Below are positions 1 to 9,387 of a stretch of 64,000 nucleotides of DNA, piece by piece. The stretch's first letter is position 1. Every line of letters starts with the position of its first letter. The translations under genes were made by a program, and so were the position numbers. The notes beneath the pieces were generated by a model that was not told the origin of the DNA, ran no database searches, and saw only the letters and a program-made list of their open reading frames with translations. This DNA comes from an uncultured Lachnospira sp. (GTDB lineage Bacteria; Bacillota; Clostridia; Lachnospirales; Lachnospiraceae): assembly GCA_946186125.1 (NCBI GenBank), contig CAMHLZ010000002.1, positions 22,930 to 86,929 of the forward strand, read 5' to 3'.

Positions 1-1326
1 ATCTGTAGGGATATAATCATTCATTTCTCCATCATTAAACTTCTGATATGCCACCATATCAAAATATCCCGTACCCGTAAGACCGAATACGATGTTCTTT
101 TCTTCACCTGTCTCTTTGCATTTTAATGCTTCATCTATAGCTACTTTGATAGCATGACTGCTCTCAGGTGCCGGCAGAATACCTTCCACTCTCGCAAACT
201 GCTGAGCTGCCTCAAATACAGAAGTCTGCTCAACGCTTCTTGCTTCAAGTAAGCCCTGATCGTATAATTCAGATACAACGGAACTCATACCATGGTATCT
301 TAATCCACCTGCATGATTTGCTGATGGAATAAATCCACTGCCAAGTGTGTACATCTTAGCAAGCGGGCAAACCTTTCCTGTATCACAGAAATCATATGCA
401 TACTTACCTCTTGTGAGACTTGGACATGACGCAGGTTCAACTGCAATAATCTTATAATCATTCTCGCCTCTTAACATTTCTCCGGCAAATGGTGAAATCA
501 ATCCGCCAAGGTTTGAACCGCCTCCTGCGCATCCAATAACCGTATCGGCTTTTATGTCATATTTCTTAAGTGCTGCAATAGTCTCAAGTCCTATAACTGA
601 CTGATGTAAAAGAACCTGTGATAATACAGAACCCAATACATATCTGTATCCTTCCTGTGTAGTAGCAGCTTCTACAGCTTCAGATATAGCACATCCAAGA
701 CTTCCGGTAGTTCCCGGAAATTCTGCATTTATCTTCTTACCTATCTCTGTAGACATGGATGGTGAAGGGGTAACCTTTGCTCCATACGTTCTCATAACCT
801 CACGTCTGAAAGGTTTCTGTTCATAAGAACATTTTACCATATATACCTGACAGTCCAAATCAAAGTACGAGCATGCCATCGAAAGAGCCGTACCCCACTG
901 TCCTGCTCCTGTCTCTGTGGTAACACCCTTAAGTCCCTGCTTCTTAGCATAATACGCCTGTGCTATTGCCGAGTTAAGCTTGTGACTTCCCGAAGTGTTA
1001 TTTCCCTCAAACTTGTAATAAATATGTGCAGGTGTACCTAGCTTTTTCTCGAGACAATATGCTCTTACAAGCGGTGACGGACGATACATTTTATAAAAGC
1101 TGCGTATTTCCTCAGGTATGTCAAAATACGGTGTCGTATCATCCAATTCCTGTTTTGCAAGTTCAGTACAAAAAATAGGCTCTAACTCCTCTACAGTAAC
1201 TGGCTTTAATGTATCTGGATTCAATATCGGTGCCGGCTTTTTTTTCATGTCTGCTCTTACATTATACCACTGCTGTGGCATTTCACTTTCTTCCAAATAA
1301 ATCTTGTATGGTATCTTATTTTCCAT
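1..1326 (-). CDS. TrpB-like PLP-dependent enzyme (TrpB2-type tryptophan synthase beta paralogue); C-terminus cut by window edge
   Basis: Absent from the ORF track because it leaves the window. My reverse-strand translation from ATG at 1326 (GGAG 7 nt upstream) stays open for all 442 codons to base 1. It reads MENKIPYKIYLEESEMPQQWYNVRAD...HIYYKFEGNNTSGSHKLNSAIAQAYYAKKQG...TETGAGQWGTALS...GCAGGGSNLGG...PAPESSHAI. The SGSHK PLP-lysine motif, GAGQWG and GGGSN loops are TrpB-family signatures. The long N-terminal extension is typical of TrpB2. Confidence 0.85.
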   Translation of the reverse strand, partial: MENKIPYKIYLEESEMPQQWYNVRADMKKKPAPILNPDTLKPVTVEELEPIFCTELAKQELDDTTPYFDIPEEIRSFYKMYRPSPLVRAYCLEKKLGTPAHIYYKFEGNNTSGSHKLNSAIAQAYYAKKQGLKGVTTETGAGQWGTALSMACSYFDLDCQVYMVKCSYEQKPFRREVMRTYGAKVTPSPSMSTEIGKKINAEFPGTTGSLGCAISEAVEAATTQEGYRYVLGSVLSQVLLHQSVIGLETIAALKKYDIKADTVIGCAGGGSNLGGLISPFAGEMLRGENDYKIIAVEPASCPSLTRGKYAYDFCDTGKVCPLAKMYTLGSGFIPSANHAGGLRYHGMSSVVSELYDQGLLEARSVEQTSVFEAAQQFARVEGILPAPESSHAIKVAIDEALKCKETGEEKNIVFGLTGTGYFDMVAYQKFNDGEMNDYIPTD

Positions 1327-1418
1327 CTTAATCTCCAATCCCTTTTTTCATTTTTCTCTGACGATTATAACACATTAACGAACTTTGTGAAAGATATAAA
1401 TATATTTTGTTTACTTAG

Positions 1419-1447
1419 TTGACTTTACGTATTTTTTTTTATATATT
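1419..1447 (+). promoter_or_regulatory. Candidate sigma-A promoter of the rubrerythrin gene
   Basis: TTGACT (1419-1424), 17-nt spacer, TATATT (1442-1447), about 55 nt upstream of the ATG at 1503. The background is AT-rich, so specificity is limited. Confidence 0.35.
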
Positions 1448-1502
1448 AATAACAGTCATATAACTATTATATATTTTATATATTTGGAAGGAGATATTTT
1501 TT

Positions 1503-2048
1503 ATGGCAAAATTTGTATGTTCAGTATGTGGGTATGTATATGAGGGAGATGCGGCACCTGAAAAATGTCCTCAATGTGGAGTTCCTGCTTCAAAATTCAA
1601 CAAAGTTGAGAGCAACGAACTTACCTGGGAAGCAGAACACATACTCGGAGTTGCACAGGGTGTAGATGAAGAAATTCTTCAGGGATTACGTGATAACTTT
1701 AACGGAGAATGTTCAGAAGTCGGTATGTATCTTGCAATGGCAAGAGTAGCTCACCGCGAGGGATACCCTGAAATCGGTCTTTACTGGGAAAAAGCTGCTT
1801 ACGAAGAAGCCGAGCACGCTGCTAAATTTGCTGAATTACTTGGAGAAGTATTATCTGACAGCACAAAGAAAAACCTCGAAATGAGAGTAGAAGCCGAATG
1901 TGGTGCTACTGCCGGTAAGATGGCTATCGCTAAAAAAGCTAAAGAACTCGGTCTCGACGCTATTCACGATACAGTTCACGAAATGGCAAGAGATGAAGCA
2001 AGACACGGCAAAGCTTTCAAGGGTCTCCTTGAAAGATATTTTGGATAG
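1503..2048 (+). CDS. rbr: Reverse rubrerythrin (N-terminal rubredoxin-like domain plus C-terminal ferritin-like diiron domain)
   Basis: N-terminal CxxC...CxxC pair ([21 protein letters not shown]) is followed by helices carrying ExxH pairs ([19 protein letters not shown]). GGAGA RBS lies upstream. The domain order is inverted relative to classical rubrerythrin. Confidence 0.85.
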   Translation: MAKFVCSVCGYVYEGDAAPEKCPQCGVPASKFNKVESNELTWEAEHILGVAQGVDEEILQGLRDNFNGECSEVGMYLAMARVAHREGYPEIGLYWEKAAYEEAEHAAKFAELLGEVLSDSTKKNLEMRVEAECGATAGKMAIAKKAKELGLDAIHDTVHEMARDEARHGKAFKGLLERYFG

Positions 2049-2065
2049 TATCTGGAATAATAATC

Positions 2066-2108
2066 AAAAAAGTTGTGGGGATTTATTTTAAATCTCCACA
2101 ACTTTTTT
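2066..2108. terminator. Bidirectional rho-independent terminator between convergent rbr and ldh
   Basis: AAAAAA-GTTGTGGGGAT-loop-ATCTCCACAAC-TTTTTT. The 11-bp stem has one G-U and is flanked by A-run and T-run. Confidence 0.8.
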
Positions 2109-2110
2109 CT

Positions 2111-3064
2111 TTACAGATTTTCTTTTGCAATCTTCTTTAAGAGTTCTCCAGACTCTTTCAGTTTCTTCTCTTCTACTTCGCTCAGATGGATTGGAACTAT
2201 TGTTTCCACACCATTTTTATCAACTACTGCCGGTACACTTAAAACAACATCCTCAAGTCCGTATTCACCACTCATAAGACTTGAAATCGGAAGGACAGAT
2301 TTTTCATCTCTTACAATTGCTTCGCAGATTCTGCGTACTGCCATCGCAATTCCATAATAAGTAGCTTTTTTACGTTTAATAATCTCGTATGCACTATTTT
2401 TAACATTCTCAAATATCCTGTCCATTGACTCCTCGTGACTGAAGTGTCCACGCAGCTCACAAAAATCATTAATTGGAAGTCCGCCTACCGTAGCACTGCT
2501 CCATGCAGCAAGCTCGCTGTCTCCGTGTTCTCCTAAGATAAATGCATGTACACTTCTCGCATCTACTCCTAAGTGTTCACTTAATTCATATCTGAATCGG
2601 CCCGTATCAAGAACAGTTCCTGAACCGATAACACGGTTTGCAGGATAGCCTGATTCCTTAAGCGCTATATAAGTTAGTATATCTACAGGATTAGATACAA
2701 TAAGAAGTATTCCCTGGAAATCCCTCTTCTTGATTTCTCCGATAATCGACTTCATTATTGCAGCATTTTTCTTAATCAAATCAAGTCTTGTCTCATCAGG
2801 TTTCTGATTTGCTCCCGCAGTAATTACGATAATTGCAGCATCACTTATATCATCATAGCCTCCTGCATAAATCTTCATAGGCCTTGCAAACGATATACCA
2901 TGAGATATATCTATGGCCTCTCCTTCTGCTCTCTTTTCATCAGCATCAATCAACACCATCTCAGAAAACAATCCACTTTGCATCAATGCAAATGCTGATG
3001 ATGACCCCACAAATCCACATCCGATTACTGCTATTTTTCTGCTGTTTATTATTACATTTCCCAT
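2111..3064 (-). CDS. ldh: L-lactate dehydrogenase
   Basis: 317 aa. Rossmann motif IAVIGCGFVGSS, LIDADEKRAEGEAIDISHG and ILGEHGDSE catalytic-His region are typical of L-LDH. Confidence 0.9.
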   Translation of the reverse strand: MGNVIINSRKIAVIGCGFVGSSSAFALMQSGLFSEMVLIDADEKRAEGEAIDISHGISFARPMKIYAGGYDDISDAAIIVITAGANQKPDETRLDLIKKNAAIMKSIIGEIKKRDFQGILLIVSNPVDILTYIALKESGYPANRVIGSGTVLDTGRFRYELSEHLGVDARSVHAFILGEHGDSELAAWSSATVGGLPINDFCELRGHFSHEESMDRIFENVKNSAYEIIKRKKATYYGIAMAVRRICEAIVRDEKSVLPISSLMSGEYGLEDVVLSVPAVVDKNGVETIVPIHLSEVEEKKLKESGELLKKIAKENL

Positions 3065-3153
3065 ATATTCTGCTGCCTCCTAATAATATTTTATACATCA
3101 ATATTACCATTTTTTTCTTAAAAATGCATTATAAAAACTATTTTTGTATAATT

Positions 3154-4392
3154 TTATCTTCTAAGTGCATCTATAGGATTCATTTTTGCAGCCTTTCTTG
3201 CAGGATATATTCCGAAGAAGATACCTACAACACTTGAAAACAGAGTTGCAATTAACACAGCCTGAATGCTTACAGCAGGTTTAAATGAAAAACTGGTGCT
3301 TATAGAACTTGCTATTCCAGCTATCAGATTAGCTCCGCCAATTCCTACCAGTATTCCAATAATTCCACCAATTAAAGTTATAATAACTGATTCAGCCAAA
3401 AACTGTGCCATAATTGATTTCGTCTTTGCACCCAACGCTTTTCGTATTCCAATCTCTCTTGTTCTCTCCGTAACAGATACCAGCATAATATTCATTACAC
3501 CGATTCCTCCTACTACAAGTGATATTGAGGCTATCATTGAAATAACAACTGTTATTACATTTATAACCGTATTTACAATCTTCATGTAATCACTAAAATT
3601 CTCCATCTGATATACATCTTCGTCATTTTTTCCGACTTTGTGGTTATTTTTTATAGTTTCTAGAATCTCATTTGCAACCTGATATGTATCCGCATCACTT
3701 TCAGCCACAAAAAGTGCTGAATAAAAATCTTCCACTGATATTCCGTATACCTGTCTGAGTATTGTCTCAGGAACATAGATTGATACTGGCATATCACCAA
3801 ATGAAAAACTAATCATTGTATTTGATTCAGATGATTGAACACCTATAATCTTCATTTTTAAGTTGACGCCATTCACTTCCACATCAAATGCAGCTCCAAC
3901 CACATCCGTAGAACCAAATAGTCTCATTGCATCGTCTTCAGATATTACACAGCACGTCTTTCCCATATCATATTCTTTCTGATCAAAAAAACGTCCACTT
4001 ACAATTCCCTGAGTCATAAAATATTTATAATCCGGCATTACACAATTAAGATTCACAGTAAATTCTCCCTTAATGGTTCTTGTGCTTCCGGATGTACTGT
4101 CCTCGACAGTCACTCCTTTTACACCGTCGACTTTTTCCTTGATTTTATCTAAATCTTCCTGCGTAATTTTGTAATTATCATAATCAGTAGTATATACTGC
4201 TATCTGTCCTTCACCTATATCAGACATCGCAGAAGTAATTACATTTTTTGCACCGTTTCCCAATCCAATCACAAGTATAACTGATGATATACCAATAATG
4301 ATTCCCAACATTGTCAGAAAAGAGCGGACTTTATTGTGAAGCACATTCATCAATGCCATTTTCACATATTCATAAAATTGTGTCATGAGCAT
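3154..4392 (-). CDS. ABC transporter permease, MacB/FtsX type
   Basis: 412 aa. One N-terminal TM, a large extracytoplasmic domain, a C-terminal FtsX-like helix bundle and the end motif PARKAAKMNPIDALRR. It is last in a three-gene operon. Confidence 0.85.
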   Translation of the reverse strand: MLMTQFYEYVKMALMNVLHNKVRSFLTMLGIIIGISSVILVIGLGNGAKNVITSAMSDIGEGQIAVYTTDYDNYKITQEDLDKIKEKVDGVKGVTVEDSTSGSTRTIKGEFTVNLNCVMPDYKYFMTQGIVSGRFFDQKEYDMGKTCCVISEDDAMRLFGSTDVVGAAFDVEVNGVNLKMKIIGVQSSESNTMISFSFGDMPVSIYVPETILRQVYGISVEDFYSALFVAESDADTYQVANEILETIKNNHKVGKNDEDVYQMENFSDYMKIVNTVINVITVVISMIASISLVVGGIGVMNIMLVSVTERTREIGIRKALGAKTKSIMAQFLAESVIITLIGGIIGILVGIGGANLIAGIASSISTSFSFKPAVSIQAVLIATLFSSVVGIFFGIYPARKAAKMNPIDALRR

Positions 4393-4400
4393 TCACCATC

Positions 4401-5798
4401 CTATTCTGCTGCAGAAGTTTCTTCTGATGCTGTCGACTCTGACGTGGTTTCTTCTGCCGATGTAGCTTCTGTCTCGTCAGCTTTTTCTTTTGTTGTATCT
4501 TTTGCTTTAATTGTCTCTGCTTCAAGTCCGTCTTTTATCGTCATGTCAACTTCTGTTACAACAGGATCTCCCTCGGAAATTCCTTCAAGAATCTCAGCAT
4601 ATTCATCAGAAATAATTCCGACTTTTACTTCTTTTCTTACAACTTTACCTTTCTCGTAAGAATATACAAACGTTCCTTCTTTATCCTGATTTACTGTTGC
4701 CGCCGGTACAACTACGGCATCACCTGCTTCTCCGGTCGTTATACCGATTTCAGCATCCAGTCCTATTACCAGCTTTTCATCCGGATTGTCAATATGTATC
4801 TGCGCCGGCACCATAGGAGATGATGCTGCAGAACTGAGTGCACTCTGCTGTGTAACTGCCAATTTACTGATACTGCTTACCGTTCCTTCATACTCATTTC
4901 CCAATGTCTTAATCGTAGCTTTCTGTCCAATTTGTATATCCGGAAGATCATATTTTGAAATTGAAAAATCAACTTTCATATCGCTGCTTCTGGCAATAAC
5001 TATCATAGTCTGTCCCTGTGCGGCAAGTGTACCTGCGGCTACACCTATTTCTGTTACAATACCATCATACTCCGCTACTATACCTGCTTTTGCAGAATTA
5101 AGATTATTCTCCGCATCCGTAACACTGAATCCTGAAACTTTCATGCTGTATTCAAGGCTCTGGCGCTGGTCATCTGACATTATACCTGCCTGCGCTGCTT
5201 CTTTTTCTGCTTTTGCACCTTCAAGCTGTGCCTGTAACTCCTGTAATTCTACCGTTCTATCCTCAAGAGACTGCTGTTTTTTATATCTGTCAGTCTCAGA
5301 TAATTCAAAATTTGCAAGCTCATTTTTAATTGCTTCTATCTCTGATTTTTTAGAATCAATTTTAGAATTATATTCATTAATTCTTCGCTCTGCATCTTTC
5401 GCTTTTGCAGCACTCTCATCACTTGAATGAATTGTGTTATTAGTGCTTGCCTGCTCTGAAAGATTCTGCAGAGATGCCAGATCATATGCTTCCTGTAAAT
5501 CTTCGATATCGTATGTTAATAAGCTGTCGCCCGCTTTGACTGCCTGTCCCACAGAAACATTTACACTTGCAACTTTTGCATTTACCGGAGATATATACTC
5601 CATATTAATCTCACTGCCAATTGTACCTGTGGTATCCACAACGGATTTTATACTATCTTTTTTCGCATTTGTCACAGTAACATATACCACATTATTCGCA
5701 GATGACTGTATCTTACGCATAACAGCCGCCATCACAATCAACACAATAACAACAACCGGTATAATTATAACAGCCGGATTAAACTTCTTTTTTTTCAT
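4401..5798 (-). CDS. Efflux periplasmic adaptor subunit (HlyD/MacA family) with acidic S/T/E-rich C-terminal tail
   Basis: 465 aa. N-terminal TM anchor, long coiled coil (EIEAIKNELANFELSE, LQELQAQLEGAKAEKE) and barrel regions. It overlaps the upstream ATPase gene by 20 nt. Confidence 0.8.
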   Translation of the reverse strand: MKKKKFNPAVIIIPVVVIVLIVMAAVMRKIQSSANNVVYVTVTNAKKDSIKSVVDTTGTIGSEINMEYISPVNAKVASVNVSVGQAVKAGDSLLTYDIEDLQEAYDLASLQNLSEQASTNNTIHSSDESAAKAKDAERRINEYNSKIDSKKSEIEAIKNELANFELSETDRYKKQQSLEDRTVELQELQAQLEGAKAEKEAAQAGIMSDDQRQSLEYSMKVSGFSVTDAENNLNSAKAGIVAEYDGIVTEIGVAAGTLAAQGQTMIVIARSSDMKVDFSISKYDLPDIQIGQKATIKTLGNEYEGTVSSISKLAVTQQSALSSAASSPMVPAQIHIDNPDEKLVIGLDAEIGITTGEAGDAVVVPAATVNQDKEGTFVYSYEKGKVVRKEVKVGIISDEYAEILEGISEGDPVVTEVDMTIKDGLEAETIKAKDTTKEKADETEATSAEETTSESTASEETSAAE

Positions 5799-6495
5799 TT
5801 CCTGTCACTCCTTTGTTATCTATATCTGACTCTATCTTTCCATCCATTATTCTGATAATTCTGTTTGCTGATGACGCAATGCCGTCATCATGTGTAATCA
5901 GTATAACAGTTCTGCCATCCTTATGAAGTTCTCTAAGAATGTTCATAATCTCTTTACTTGATTTTGAATCAAGATTTCCAGTTGGCTCATCCGCCAATAT
6001 AACAGGTGGCTTTGCCGCCAATGCTCTGGCTATAGCAACTCTCTGCTGCTGACCTCCCGACATCTGTGACGGTCTGTGATCCATTCTGTGTTCAAGACCT
6101 ACTTTTTCTAATGCCTCTTTTGAAAGTCTGTGTCTTTCAGGTCCCGGCACCTTTCTGTATATTAGAGGAAGTTCAACATTTTCCAATGCTGTCAGATTTT
6201 CTATAAGATTAAACCCCTGAAATATAAAACCTATCTCTTCGTTTCTAATCTCAGATAATCTGTCATCCTTCATCTTTTCTACATTCTTTCCATTCAGAAA
6301 ATATGTGCCGGAGGTAGGAACATCAAGACACCCTATCATGTTCATCAAAGTTGACTTTCCTGAACCTGACTGTCCGATAATTGCAACAAATTCACCTCTG
6401 TTGATGGTAAGATCAATCCCGTCCAACGCGTGTACTTCATTTTCTCCCGGATTATATATCTTCATCATATCTTTAATCTCGATTAAAGGTTCCAA
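5779..6495 (-). CDS. ABC transporter ATP-binding protein (MacB/LolD type)
   Basis: Walker A GQSGSGKST, signature MSGGQQQR, Walker B ILADEPTGNLD, H-loop ITHD. Confidence 0.92.
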   Translation of the reverse strand: MEPLIEIKDMMKIYNPGENEVHALDGIDLTINRGEFVAIIGQSGSGKSTLMNMIGCLDVPTSGTYFLNGKNVEKMKDDRLSEIRNEEIGFIFQGFNLIENLTALENVELPLIYRKVPGPERHRLSKEALEKVGLEHRMDHRPSQMSGGQQQRVAIARALAAKPPVILADEPTGNLDSKSSKEIMNILRELHKDGRTVILITHDDGIASSANRIIRIMDGKIESDIDNKGVTGNEKKEV

Positions 6496-6565
6496 TTGTA
6501 TAATTTCTCCTTTCTGCGCAATTTGTATTACTTGATTAATACAATATTACATTTTAATATATTTG

Positions 6566-7174
6566 TCAAGCTAAAACTTTCACGGCATTTACAAATTTTA
6601 TGATTTTATCTTCATTTTTTCCTTTCCCATTGTCATTTTCTACCCCTGAAGACACATCTACTCCATCAGGCTTCACATATTTAATAGCCTCTGAAACATT
6701 ATCCAGATTCAATCCCCCCGCTAAAATAAATAGTTTTTCGTCTCTTGGTATATCTTTCACAAGACTCCAGTCAAAACATTTTCCACTTCCCGCTTCTGCC
6801 GCATCAAACACATAGCCTTTTATTTTGTCATTTTTATGATATTCTTCATATCTGCCCATATCCGATACGTTAAATGCTTTTAGCACAGGTAATGATATTA
6901 TATCAAGAACCTGTGCTCTCATCTCTCCATGAATCTGAATATAATCAAACGGTGCTTTCTGTATTTCTTCAATCTGTTCAACCGTCGGAGATACAACCAC
7001 TGCCACCTTTTTTATATCCTCTCTAAGAACATTCGCTATTTCTTTTGCTTTTTCTACCGTAATATTTCTTTTGCTCTTAGGGAAATATAAAACCATACCT
7101 ACGAAATCCACTTCGCATTTATTAAGAATTTCCGCCTCTGATACATCCGTTATTCCACAAATTTTTATCATCAT
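6566..7174 (-). CDS. trpF: Phosphoribosylanthranilate isomerase
   Basis: 202 aa. Starts MMIKICGIT, with FVGMVLYFPKSKRNI, IQIHG and DVSSGVE elements of the PRAI TIM barrel. Confidence 0.85.
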   Translation of the reverse strand: MMIKICGITDVSEAEILNKCEVDFVGMVLYFPKSKRNITVEKAKEIANVLREDIKKVAVVVSPTVEQIEEIQKAPFDYIQIHGEMRAQVLDIISLPVLKAFNVSDMGRYEEYHKNDKIKGYVFDAAEAGSGKCFDWSLVKDIPRDEKLFILAGGLNLDNVSEAIKYVKPDGVDVSSGVENDNGKGKNEDKIIKFVNAVKVLA

Positions 7175-7238
7175 AGTATTTATTCACCTTTTTTTATTTT
7201 ATAATATCAAAAATTATCAGGCATGTCGATAATTTGAT

Positions 7239-8795
7239 TCACACCATTTTTACTACCAACACTGACTGACCCTGCGCAAGCTCATCTTCTGTTATTCCAT
7301 TTAACTCTTTTAACGAGCTTACGGTTGTGTGGTATTTTTTTGCTATAGCCCACAAATTTTCACCGGCATCTGCCCTGTAAATCACAATTCCCGGCATCTT
7401 TTTCAACTCTTCGATGTTTGGCTCCTGTTCTGTAATATTCACAATAACAGGCTCGTCGACTTTACAAAACACAGTAACATCTATACCCGCTACTACCTTT
7501 ACTTCGACCTCATTTTCTGATATCATCACGGAATTTAATTGTTCAATTCCATGTTTAACATTAAATTCCATATTATCATAAATGCCATTTACATCAACGG
7601 TATGTGTAAACGGAATAAGCGCTTTTTCACTGCAAAAAGGTCTGTTATCATTGCCTGATATATATAAAATAGTTACTTCAAGTGCGCCTTCAATATTGAT
7701 ACCATTCTCCACTTTAGTAATTTCGTCTATGGATACCTTTCCGGAAGTATTACATATTTGCAGTATTCTGCCCTTCGTCGTATCAACTTCCACCTTATCC
7801 GTTATTTTACACTTTGAATTATTTTTCATTACAATTCTTTCGCCAGTGGCATTTTTCTTTTCTGTAACAAGTTCCATTGTTGGTGAATAAATGTCGAGTA
7901 AAATATCCATGCTGTCCTCTTCATAGACTCTCATATCAAGCCCAAGCACAGCATCCACTTCAAGTATTCTCTGCTCACCGTCATAATCCGGTTTTATATC
8001 AACATTTATTTCCATTGGCGTTACAATGATGTCCTGTATCATTTCTTCATTGCACCCTTCACAATCAATTACGCCGCTAAAATGTATCAGACTATCAACC
8101 CACTGAATAGGGAGGTTATCCTCTTCCGGTGTATATATAATAAATAATGCAATTTCACCTGTAAGACTTATTTTGTTTTCCATCAGTCTGGTCTGACAGT
8201 TTCTGACATCCACATTTTTCCAAAGAATATTTCCAATGTTAGGTTTTCCGCCGGAAAGCTCCACTTCCTCTTTGACTCTGTACACATCTCCCTTCTTTGA
8301 AAAAATCTGCATCATCCTGAATTGCCTGCGAATATATTCTGAATCTTTTTTTTCCTTAGGCTCAAGTCCTATTTCCATACTGTATATACTTTCAGCATCA
8401 AGCTTAAAAGATATGATTGCTTTAACGCTGATTTTTCTGGAATTAATAATTCTGATTTTTACGTCGTCTATTTCATAATCCACTCTGACTGTATCACCAT
8501 CCTGAAGCATATCCATATTTACCGGTTCCACAAACGGAATCTCCATTTCCATACTTGACGGCATTCCCTTATCTTTGCCTGATAAATATAATATGCATAT
8601 AACAAGTCTTCCGGTAATTTCAGCTTTTCCATTAAATATTTTTACACCATCAATCTTTACGCTGCCCGTTTCCGTGATAATGTCTTCCACATCAGGATTA
8701 ATATCTGATACATTAAAATCATTTTCCAGCGTTATCTGAGTAATAATCCTGCCTTTCTGACTGTTCAAATACACATTTTTAGTTAATAATTCCAT
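7239..8795 (-). CDS. DUF3794/SPOCS-repeat protein with C-terminal LysM domain (SipL-like sporulation protein)
   Basis: I prefer the ATG at 8795 (GGAGGGG RBS) over the track start at 8807. Repeated beta-rich modules run through the protein. The C-terminal LysM is IVIYRADAGENLWAIAKKYHTTVSSLKELNGITEDELAQGQSVLVVK. The family name is assigned from memory of the architecture, not from a search. Confidence 0.6.
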   Translation of the reverse strand: MELLTKNVYLNSQKGRIITQITLENDFNVSDINPDVEDIITETGSVKIDGVKIFNGKAEITGRLVICILYLSGKDKGMPSSMEMEIPFVEPVNMDMLQDGDTVRVDYEIDDVKIRIINSRKISVKAIISFKLDAESIYSMEIGLEPKEKKDSEYIRRQFRMMQIFSKKGDVYRVKEEVELSGGKPNIGNILWKNVDVRNCQTRLMENKISLTGEIALFIIYTPEEDNLPIQWVDSLIHFSGVIDCEGCNEEMIQDIIVTPMEINVDIKPDYDGEQRILEVDAVLGLDMRVYEEDSMDILLDIYSPTMELVTEKKNATGERIVMKNNSKCKITDKVEVDTTKGRILQICNTSGKVSIDEITKVENGINIEGALEVTILYISGNDNRPFCSEKALIPFTHTVDVNGIYDNMEFNVKHGIEQLNSVMISENEVEVKVVAGIDVTVFCKVDEPVIVNITEQEPNIEELKKMPGIVIYRADAGENLWAIAKKYHTTVSSLKELNGITEDELAQGQSVLVVKMV

Positions 8796-8809
8796 ATTCC
8801 CCTCCAATA

Positions 8810-9229
8810 TTAATATATATTTACCTGCTTATCAGTATTTTCGATTTTTAATACAATGTACGGATATGTAAATTCTTCTATAATCTGCTCATTACTGTCC
8901 GGTCCGTCAAATCCAAGTGTTACATCTACGGAGTCATCCGTCTGCCAGATATCTTCAACACTTATACAATAACCGCTTGTAGGCTGTTGACCGTAACCGA
9001 CACCTATGTACAAATACTCTTTATCAGAAAATGTTGTCTCAAATTTTTCTTCTTTTTTTTCGTTTATAATATCCAGAAATTCAGGCGGTACATCAGCATC
9101 TTCAACCACTGTATATTCAATATCTTTTTTTACTGCCGTATCATCTTTTTTATGCACCATTTTATCCATATCACAACCTGTCAGCATATATACTGCAAAC
9201 AATGCACAAACAACATATATTTTTTTCAT
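8810..9229 (-). CDS. Lipoprotein, PrcB-C-terminal-domain-like
   Basis: The start at MKKIYVV follows a GGAGG RBS. Lipobox LTGC. The YIGVGYGQQPTSGYCISVEDI segment resembles the PrcB C-terminal domain. Confidence 0.5.
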   Translation of the reverse strand: MKKIYVVCALFAVYMLTGCDMDKMVHKKDDTAVKKDIEYTVVEDADVPPEFLDIINEKKEEKFETTFSDKEYLYIGVGYGQQPTSGYCISVEDIWQTDDSVDVTLGFDGPDSNEQIIEEFTYPYIVLKIENTDKQVNIY

Positions 9230-9387
9230 AAAACCTCCATTCATTACGTTATGATTACGTCTATATATTATTATGTATTTTAATACACATTTATAACATT
9301 AAAGACCTTATAATAATTTATTCTGTTGACATTTTAGCTTATTTTTAATAAACTTTACTATTATATGATAACTAATCGGAGGTTTTT

